A DNA stretch of 57,592 nucleotides, filler included, from Thelocarpon superellum (lineage: Eukaryota): the NCBI GenBank assembly GCA_026025795.1. It is 2 parts of 2 records of this genome, joined end to end, with 100 filler letters (N's around TTAATTAATTAA, not from the genome) between each part and the next. Parts side by side here need not be neighbours in the genome. Positions count along the whole stretch, not along the records: positions 28,857 to 57,592 come from JAPEUG010000232.1; 1 more part is not named here. One strand, given 5' to 3'. The notes under the pieces are model-generated. The model made no database searches and was not told the origin of the DNA. It saw only the letters and a program-made list of their open reading frames with translations. A program made the position numbers and the translations under genes. Below are positions 48,411 through 57,592 of the stretch, in pieces. Each line of letters opens with the position of its first letter. Position 1 is the stretch's first letter.

Positions 48411-49089
48411 GCGGCGACGATGCTCCTCGTCATGAACATAGATAGTTCGGATCGTGGGCCACGCCTTATTGCGTCACTCATGAGCGGCGCTCTCGAGCAG
48501 CACATCCCTTGCGTTGATTCCCTTGGCCCAAACTGCACATAAATTGCATTCTGTACATAGCGCAGGCGACGTGCTAGACTCGTGCTGGCGGAGCGACGGT
48601 GAGTGCGTGGCGTTCCCAGGATTCTGTTTGATGGCGAGGGATCTTTTGATTTGGCTGGTCAACGAAGATGCGAATGGAGGAATACAGGAATCGTAATGGA
48701 CATGCGGTGCGGCCGGGTTTTCTTATGGGAGGAGACAAGACACGAATGGAATGGGATGGAAAGGGATGGACTGGGTAGAATGGTAAAGGGGTCAAGAGGT
48801 GGGGGACAGACCAGCAGATTCACCATTTCTTACTGAATTCTCCAATCAATCAATTGGTCAATTAGAGTCACGTACCATGGTCACGGTCATGGTCATGTCA
48901 TATCATTGATTTCATCATACGTGCTAAACATAGACAGTATGCCCTTGTGGCCCCATCACCACCGCCCCCATCATCATGATTATCATCACCCGCCCATCCC
49001 TGGTCGATTCCTAGCACAACACCATCGATACTGCCAATGTATCTAAGATGGTGCGTAAAGCCAGGGGAGGCCTACGAGACCGAGGCAGA

Positions 49090-51563
49090 TCACAACCCAG
49101 CAAGTCGACCACCACCACGGACCAAGAACGGACTCGGCATCTCGTCGCGTTCAGGATCCCAGACGACTTGCTCCGCTGCCATCTTGGCCGCGACTGCTGC
49201 GCCCGCTGCGTTGCCGATGCGTGTCGATGCGAGATTGACGCTGACGTCCACACCGACACCGACACTTCCTGCCTCGCCGATCGTTTGGCGCTTCTTCATG
49301 CTGGGCTTTTTACCGCTGCTGTCATGGACGGGCATGCTGATTCCGCTATCGTGCGCTTGATGACGCTGCTCATGGTGGTCGTCATTTGCTCCGTGGGTTG
49401 GTCGACCGCCGGCTCGTGCTTGGGCGAGTTCGACCAGCGTGCGGCCCTTCATCATGTTGTTTTTCGTGACGGCTTTGAACATGTCGTCGGTGGCGGGGAC
49501 GACGAAGGCTGGTTTGGTCTGAGTCTTGGCTTTCCGCATGGGTGAGCCGTTGTCGTTCGTCAGGCCCGTAGAGGAGGGAATCTTGGACAGTCGGCGCGTC
49601 GGTGATGTGCTCATCTTCTCGGGCTGCGCCGGGGCGGCCGTCTCGGGCTGAGGGGGCAGAGACGGTACGTGGGATTGTGATGGACCCTTGTTGGTCGCGC
49701 TTGGCCCAAATAGATTCGGCTGGCTCTGGAGACGCTGCATCGGGGCCGTCTTCTGCGTGAGCAGCGCCGGCCGCGCGGGTTTGAAGGGGTTCGAGGTCGA
49801 TTTCTGGCGCGTGGGAGAGGGCAGGGGTGGGAGGTCGTCGTCGTCTTCGTCGTCCGTTATCTCTACCAGGGCGTGGACGGCTCGAGGCTCCAGCGCGACG
49901 GCGGCCGCCGCGAAGATGTTCTTGCTGCGCCCGTTGCCCGCCATGTTCCGACGCGGAGACAGCGATAGCGATGCAATGGACATGGGTGACGGGTCGACCA
50001 TCTGCACGTCCATTGGAGAGCCGTCGCACAGCGTTCTTGATCGGCTGAACGGGGTCCGTGACGTCTTCTTCGATGCTTTGCTTGGCTGTGCCGACGGTGA
50101 GGCCAGGGAGAGCTCCGTTAGGTCTGTCGTGGACGGAAAGTCCATCTCCTCGGTGGTGCTGACGGACGAGAGTGGAATGTCATCGTTGGTGGAGGCAGTG
50201 GTAGCGGTGATCGACGGCTCGTCCTTGGGCTTCGGCAGAATGCGGAGCTGGCGCTGCACTTCCGTCCGTACGCGCTCCTGCACTTCGATCTCGACTCGCT
50301 TCTCGATCTGCTCTAACTCGATCTTAACTTGACGATCGATCTCGAGCCGCGCCTTGACCTCCCACTCCCGGCGGATGATAGCATCAAGTTCTCGTCGCAT
50401 CACTTCTCGCTCGAGTTCCAGCCGCATCGCTCGCTCCTCCATCTCCTTCACCTTCAGTGCCGCCAGCTCTTCTTTGGACTTGAGGATCCGGCCCAGGTCC
50501 ACCACCTCTCGCTCTTTCCTCATCAGTTTGACCACGGGCAGATTGAGCAGCGTGGCGGTGTCAGGCCGTAGCGTGGGATTCACCTTCAGACAGCTTTTGA
50601 TGACCGACTGAAGTTCGGGCGAGTAGACGTTGGGCAGCGGCGCCACCTTGCCCTCCTTGATCTTCTGCACCAGGTGGAAGTGTGTCTTGGCGTTGAAGGG
50701 GGGCTCACGGGCACACAGCTCGTACATGATGCAGCCTAAGGACCAGATGTCCGAGTGGAGGGTGTATCGCTCGGCCGCGCAGATCTCAGGTGACATGTAA
50801 AAGGGCGTCCCGACGTAGGTCGAGGCAAAGTCGTGCGACTGCATGATCTTCGAGAGGCCGAAGTCGCCCAACTTGACCGAGTTGTCCTCGCCCAAGAACA
50901 CTACAGACCCGTCAGCAACCTTCCTTTCGCAGGGCATCGATGCATCGACTCACCATTTTCCGGCTTCAGGTCGCGGTGCAGAATCATGACCTGCGCCTTC
51001 CCGCCGACGATCTTGCGCTTCGCATCAAGCCCCACGCCCATGACGTTCCGGCCGACTTCGGGGGGGTCGATGCCATAGTGGCAGCGATACAAGGCCGTGA
51101 CCAGCTGGGTGAAGATGCTCCAGACGAACTCTTCCTCGGCAAACTGGTTTTTCGCTTTCAGGTTCTTGATGACCCGGCCCAAGTCCCCGTTGCCACAGTA
51201 TTCCATGTAGAGGTGGAGGTCCTGCGTCGACTTGAGATGTTCGCGGTGGAAGTAGGCGACGATATTGGGGTGACGAAGGGAATTGAGGATGGAGAACTCG
51301 GAGTGGAGCTGTTCGCGCTCCTTCTGCGACATACGGACATAGTTGATCTCTTTTCGACAGAGGACCTGAGGCGCCCGTCAGCATCTGTCCTACACCAGAG
51401 CTCCGCTCTGACGTACATGGCCGTCTGACTTGCGGCGCACTTTGCGAATGACACCAAAGGATCCGTGTCCTGCGACATGTCAGTTCTCGACTCCAGCCCT
51501 GGGAAAGTTGCGGTCACACTCACCGATCTTTTCCAGCACTTCATACTGCTCGTTGTCCGACAT
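49090..51563 (-). CDS. nimA: NIMA-family (NEK) G2/M serine/threonine kinase
   Basis: YEVLEKI|GHGSFGVIRKV, CRKEINY, LHRDLKPEN, KLGDFGLSKIMQSHDFASTYVGTPFYMSPE, coiled coil, RTPFSRSRT, C-terminal WDPERDEMPSPFL; three introns. Confidence 0.96.
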
Positions 51564-51912
51564 CGTGTGAGCGGCAATGCTGCAGTGCGAGTTGAGTGTC
51601 TGTAATGTAGTGTCGTTGCCTGTCCCGTGTTGTGATTCTGCTCAGTCCATGGGAGAGAAGCTGTCGAGGGGACCGAGGAGCTGTGATAGTCGACGTTGAT
51701 TCTACCGGGTGGGGTACTCGCTGGCTCTCATATCATCGAGTCGTAGACTTGTTGTGGTACAACGTCTGCCACCGCGCGAGGCAGGTGCGAACTGAAGTAT
51801 GACTTCCCGAGAGACGAGCATTGGCCGTTGTTCACGACGATTGCTCCACCTAGTGGAATTACTTGTTCAGGTGTGAGGTTAGGCAATTGTTCCGCTGCTG
51901 TTGTGGAGATGG

Positions 51913-52016
51913 TGTTTACCGTAGCAACCAGCCAACCGCGGTTCGCCTAATCATATTGGGCCAGGTCCCTGGACGTTGTTCCGCCCGGCCAATCACGACG
52001 CATTTCGCTTGATTGG
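51913..52016. promoter_or_regulatory. Forkhead-type site and inverted CCAAT boxes in the nimA/BTB divergent promoter
   Basis: TGTTTAC (GTAAACA on minus) at 51913-51919; CCAATCA 51989-51995 and TGATTGG 52010-52016. Confidence 0.4.
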
Positions 52017-52218
52017 ACGGATGTGGTCATGCTTTCATCCGGGCACGTAGAGCATCGTTGATTCGGTGGCGCACCGCTCATGACCCCTCGCCCACCGCCC
52101 ATCGCCCGTCGCCCGTCGCGCGTCGAGCATCGCGTCCCTCCCAAGAAGTGCCCTCCGTCTCTCTCACGCTCTTCTTTCCTTCTTTCCTTCTTTCCTTATT
52201 CCCTTGCTTTCCTTGGTC

Positions 52219-54350
52219 ATGGTCTTATCCAAAGACGAGCTCGAAGCGCAGCTACATGCGGAGAAGCGCCAGATCTCCGATGGCCAGCTCAAGGATGAGA
52301 ATCCACTGGATCTGAGTCTGGGATTCGCCACGCTGTGCGAGGCGTGCCGAAGGGGCGACCTCCAAACATGTCAGGAAATGATTAGCGAGGGCGTGAACAT
52401 TAATGCTCGGGACGCTTACGACTACTCGCCCTTGATTCTGGTGAGTGGTTCGTGCCGACCGGTCAGAGGGAGCCCACTGAGCCCACTCTTCCATGGTACT
52501 GACGTGTAGGGTGGCAGGCCAGCCTCTGCGGCCAGTATGAGGTGGTGCAGATACTGCTAGAAGCCGGTGCGTTGTGCGAGCGTGATACATTCCAGGGCGA
52601 GAGGTATTGCACCGTTGAAGATCCTCGCACGTCCCGGCCCGCTGATCCTTCGCCCGCCTTCGCACCCCCGTAGATGTCTCTACAATGCCTTGACCGACCG
52701 CATCCGCAATCTGCTGCTGCAATACGACTATTCCAAGTCCACGGACCCACTCCAGCCGCTGGCCTCCCACCTGACTTCCTTGCTGTCGACGAAGCGTCCC
52801 ATGACGTCGGACATCACGCTGGTCACCGCCACGCAGACCTTCGCCCTCCACAAATTCGTCCTCTCCGCACGATCACCCTTTTTCCACAAGAAGCTTACCG
52901 CGGCACCCGACACGACGTCCTGGAAGCTCTCCGCCTCGATAGCCCCTCGGGCATTTGAGATTGCCATCCGATATCTCTATCTGGGAGACTTCCCTAGCGA
53001 CGTGGGCGTGGGGTACGAGACCAGCGAGGAAGAACAAGCGGTCTTGACAGGGCTCGAGAAGCTCAGCCGGCAGTTGGAGATTCGCAACCTATGGATCGGT
53101 CTCCTCGAGGGGGAGGACCGGCGGATCGCGAGGCAGCGAAGAACTGACGAGGTGGTGAAGGGTCGCGATCAGCTCGAGCAATGGTACCGTGAGAACGTGT
53201 TGAAGCACAAAGTCGTCATCGAGACGAGTAAAGCCAGCGAGGTGCGATGGAGCCAGCACAACGCCATCTTTGCCGATGTCTTGCTCCGCGCCGATGCAGA
53301 CTCGGATGAGGACGGTGCAGAGCTGGCGACGGTGACGGAGAAATCGCGGAGCACCCCGGCCCGGCCCGATGGCATTCCCGTCGGGCCCCTCGCAGAGCAA
53401 GTCCCGTCGGTGCCGGCCGAGCCATCACCAAGACAGTCGACGTTGTTCCCCGCGCATCGTGCCATGTTGATTCGGTCCGAGTTCTTCCTCACCATGTTCT
53501 CCTCCTCCTTCCGAGAAGCCAAGCAAGGCGACTACCTCCAGGTCGTCTCGGTCGACTGCACGCCCGAGGTGCTGGAGGTGGTGCTCACATTTCTCTACAC
53601 GGAGAAAGCGGACATGTCGCTCGATCTCGCGATCGACGTCCTTTTTGCTTCCGACCTGTTGCTGATCGAGAAGCTGAAGGCCAAGGCGGCCGTTACCATC
53701 AGCACGCTTGGCAGCGGCAATCTGCCTGCACAGGAGGCCTCGTCGGGGCCAGTCGAGCCCATCAACGTGTACGACGTGCTCCGCGCTGGCTGGCTCACGC
53801 GCGTGCACCGCCTGGAGGAGTTCGCCGCGCGCTACGTCGCCAATCGGCTGGAAGAGTACATTGATCAAGAAGAATTCGCCGAGTTGATCAAGGAAAGTGC
53901 AACACGAATCGCGCACCGTCAGGAGACGGACAGTATCGAGTTGCTAGATGAGTATGACTTGATCTCTGTGAAGATCCTCGTCGGTTCTGTTCGCTGATTT
54001 GCACTCGCAGCATTCGCTACTATCTCTCTGAGCGGTTCCGCCTTCGCTTCGAAGACTCGGGAATCGATGAGATCATGGAAGGGGGTGAGCTGGCGGAGAA
54101 TGCGCCGGGTCTTTCGGCGGTCTCGCACAAGACGCCCGAGGACGAGGGCATCGACGTCGCTCCTGATGCGGCGCTCACTGCTATGCAGGATACCTCAACC
54201 TCGACCCCTCTAGCTCCCCTCGCCCAAGGTGCCATTCGAACACCCGACGGCGAGATTGCGGGCGACGAGTTTGCGTCAGATGCCGTCAACTATCAGCTTC
54301 TCTTGGGCAAGATCGATAGTCTGCTTGAACGGCTGAAATTGGACGCCTAG
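52219..54350 (+). CDS. Ankyrin repeat and BTB/POZ domain protein (ABTB1/Btb3-like Cul3 adaptor)
   Basis: LCEACRRGDL...NARDAYDYSPLIL|ASLCGQYEVVQILLEAGA...GE|RCLYNAL; BTB motifs FALHKFVLSARSPFF and FPAHRAMLIRSEFF; RQETDSIELLD|DIRY; three introns. Confidence 0.93.
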
Positions 54351-57300
54351 CATCCATGATGATGGATCTCTGCCTCTCTCACAGACTTACATCTACCGTT
54401 TCATATCTCACGAGTCGGATATATACTAGAACGCTGATAATAGATTGCGAATGGTATTCTACGACGCTCGATCGCACGATGCGGCAGGCAGAATACTCTC
54501 GGACAGACTCAATCAACAAAATCACATCCGAAGATGTGCAAGGCCTTGCACCCGTGACCAGTACAGGACGAATGAGAGGAAGCTTTCTTGTGGGAGCTCA
54601 GAGGCTCGGACGCATACAGAGGGAGACGTGCCCAATACTATCCAATCTGATATCAACAATGGTATCGGTCGTGATACAGACTGAAGCTTGGTGTGCAAAG
54701 GATGGGGTCGTAGAAGCAGCTTGCGTGGATAAGGAGGGTGACATGAGACTTGGTATTTTCTGCCACAATAGGAGTTTTACGCGCAATGTCAATGCATGGG
54801 TTTTCCCGCAAAAGAGAGAAAGAAGGAGCCTGAAGCGTAGTCAAGTGGACCTGTCATTGGAAAGCTGACCGCGTTTCTCCAACATAGAAAGTCTCAAAGA
54901 AAGAATACCATAAAGACGGGCTGAAGAAGGAAAGCCTGTAACCGCTGCCAGAAGAATCGTGTGAGCATGTGAGGACTGATTATTTGGCGGATATTGCTCT
55001 TGTAGAATTCCAATTCAACGTAGAAGCCGCTTGTGACAAGCGGCTTGTCGTTCTTCACTCCTCAGTTTCTGTCCATCTGCTTGCTTTCCTACTTGTCGCA
55101 CTTTACCACCTCTCAACACCAGGTAAGTCCTCCCCCACAGCCGTGTTCTGGCATGAGGGAGGGGCGGAAGGAACCGGACACGCGACAGATAGCGAAAGGT
55201 TGCTGGACGCAGGAAAAACATGCCGCGATCATGTGTCAAGTTTCGAAGCCCCCGGAAGGATCGGAATCCTCCTTAATGCCTTCCACTCCCTGTCAGTCTG
55301 AAATGTGACGGCAGGATCTGGGCCCCCTCGGATGGGTGACACGTTCGAGGGATTCGTAACACCTGCTCATAAAACCAGCCTCATGGGATTGATACTTTGA
55401 ATTCCGCCGGGTAGTTGACCAGACACGAAACTTGTCGTCTGACAGGCATTCAATGCCGTCTCAGCGCATGCGGGATGCTCGTACATGCCGCAGGACTTTC
55501 TCCATGCCACTGCTAATACTCCCACCACCTCCAGCAAGTCATCAACCATAGCTACTATGCTATACTAGTAGTAGTAGTTAATCCCCAACGTGATACGTAA
55601 GTACTTTGCTGTGTCTGGGCTCATAGTGGGGTCCTGGTCATTCTGACACAGATTCGACAAGGTCCTGCTTCATGCCGCAGGTAACCAGATAACTGCCGCA
55701 TCGCATTTCGTCGTGGCAAGTCTCCCTCATGTAGACGGTAGTTGCTACCCTTGTGATCGCCGTGGCGTGGAGCCGTGGAGTGGAGTTCGGAGAGTGATGG
55801 TGGTGGCATGGCGTTAGCTTGCGAGCTGGAGTGCCGCCACCGGCCCTCCGCCGATCGATCATTTACGAGGGCCGGGGGGGCAAAGTCCTCGCTTGCACGG
55901 TGCTCGTACCCTACGTAGTTCAGGTGGACAAAGTACTCGTACTCGCACTGGCTCGAATTACCATACTGTGGGAATTCACTTCTATTGACGAAACGTTAAG
56001 GGCCGGGGTGAAGATCATCCGGCAGGCCTTCCCAAAGTGCAAGAACGAGGACAAGTACGAGTGCAAGTACGAGTGTCCAGCAGCATTTCGTAAGGTGAAC
56101 TGCACCAATGGCCGTTGATCCTGTCGATCGGCCCGGCCACGGCATGACGTGGACGACGGTGGCGCCCCTCCCATTCGCCGGTCCCGCCGATCGACCTCGG
56201 TGTTATGCCCGCTACTGACCGGCTCCCAGCATCGTACACCATCCTCCACCCACCGCCTAGGCTCTCCCCACCCACGGTGTCCCGCTCCATCAGGCAATGC
56301 GCGACGTTTCCCCGCCCAGACGTCGGCCATGTTTCAATTTGAGCACGCGATGGCTGCCCACCTGCACATGAAACGTGCGGCCGATGGTTGGCCTGGACGT
56401 CGAAGGATTTCGCCACGGTCGTCGCTCCGGCGCCGAGCAGGGGCCCTCGCTGGGCCCCTCCCCCGGGACTCCTCCAGATGCTCTTCACACGTGGATGCCA
56501 TCATCGTTTCGTAATGCGTGGGCCTCGCGTAGGATGAACAATGCACGTCGTACTGGCCCACCCACGTCAGAAGTGCAGAACTTGGCCTAAGGCTCCCGGG
56601 TAAAACTTCGGCACCTCAAGACGCCGTGTCCACGGGTCCGACTCGATCATCGCCGCACCCGAGGTCCGTCGCGACAGGGCTATCTACGAGTACTCAGATC
56701 TTCCCTACTGCCGTCCACGGGTGGCAGCGGGGGTGGTCTGCAAATGCCAGGCGTTCTGCAGCCAGCTTCATGCGCCCGGGGCAACACAACAGACGGCAGT
56801 TGCGATGCCCGGCCAGGGGCCGGCGAGGGGATCGCCGATTACGCCTGAACTGCGCTCTGACGCCGGAGCAATCCGGGCGTTCAAAGTTCCCAGTTTCGCC
56901 AGGCCTCCACGAACGCCAGAGGGGCACTAGCCGGGTGCAGGTGGAGCGGACAACACGCACCTTCGTGTGGAGACGGCTGGTATCAGAACCCTCGTGCCTG
57001 CAGCGCGCCATCAGCGCGCCACGACGGACCAGCCCCCGTTGCAAGTCCGACATTTGCCAATCTCCAGAAGCATGACATCGGCACGGACACGGAGCCTGCC
57101 CACCCTTTAGGTTTGAGGGTCCCATCGCGGACAACGCGTCGGCCTTCGTCGGCACCGTGCGGAGGGCACCAGGCGGTGTCATCGTGATGTCGCCATGCAG
57201 AGCTCGAAGTTTAAAGACGTCAAGAACCTTGCGCTACGTCTTGGCTCCGATCGGCCACAGGTACAATCATGTGTCCAGGCCGTGGGAGCTCCACTCGGCG

Positions 57301-57540
57301 CCCTGTGGTGTGGTGGGTGCCCGGCGACAGCGTCGACCGACATGGGACGGATGTGCTGGTGTGAGTGGAGAAGTGGGGGGGAAAACATGCGCGTCTGGCA
57401 CCAATTGCAGGTGGCGGCGACCAGCATGCATTGCACGAGCTAGAAGGCGCGGCCGCATTATTCCATCTTCGACGCCAGGGAGGGTGGGCCTGCCACTGGA
57501 CGAGCTTCGATCTTCGCTGCAGATGGGTCCGTCGAGCTGC

Positions 57541-57592
57541 CACCAAGGTACCAGAGCACCAGGGCACCAGGGCACCAGGGCTCCAGGGCACC
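57541..57592. repeat. Degenerate 8-bp tandem repeat (CACCAGGG)n at the window end
   Basis: caccaagg taccagag caccaggg caccaggg caccaggg ctccaggg cacc, running off the end. Confidence 0.85.

Noticed and set aside
54351..57540. Short overlapping ORFs in the last 3.2 kb
   Set aside because: No recognisable domain or splice-consistent model; likely non-coding, although a divergent small gene cannot be excluded.
57541..57592. Telomeric repeat or CRISPR-like array at the window end
   Set aside because: The unit CACCAGGG is degenerate, differs from the usual Pezizomycotina TTAGGG and has no spacers; a simple minisatellite.

Overview
Eukaryotic, GC-rich, intron-containing DNA from a filamentous ascomycete (Pezizomycotina-type genes; short GT-AG introns with CTRAC branch sites). 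The species cannot be determined from sequence alone. The window is not continuous: a 100-nt artificial spacer (44 N + TTAATTAATTAA + 44 N, 28757-28856) joins pieces of 28,756 and 28,736 nt. About 20 protein-coding genes were reconstructed by manual splicing. Left piece: Zn2Cys6 transcription factor, LtrA-family membrane protein, RRM-like protein, TANGO2/NRDE, REEP/HVA22, biotin-protein ligase, MGM101, 3-hydroxybutyryl-CoA dehydrogenase, TOF1/Timeless, an unknown protein, TFB2, and a 5'-truncated PD-(D/E)XK/Uma2-like nuclease-fold gene. Right piece: a 3'-truncated DUF262 (GmrS/ParB-Srx-like) gene with an AT-hook, IPI1, roadblock/LC7, DJ-1/PfpI, POP1, cryptochrome DASH, an FLC/TRP-like channel, NIMA kinase and an ankyrin-BTB protein. 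The best leads are the two genes with prokaryotic-defence-like domains flanking the spacer, a candidate structured ncRNA with a Pol III B-box near 5.15-5.31 kb, a GC-AG intron in TFB2, and a candidate Atg8-interacting motif in the REEP protein. All family assignments come from motif recognition, not database searches.
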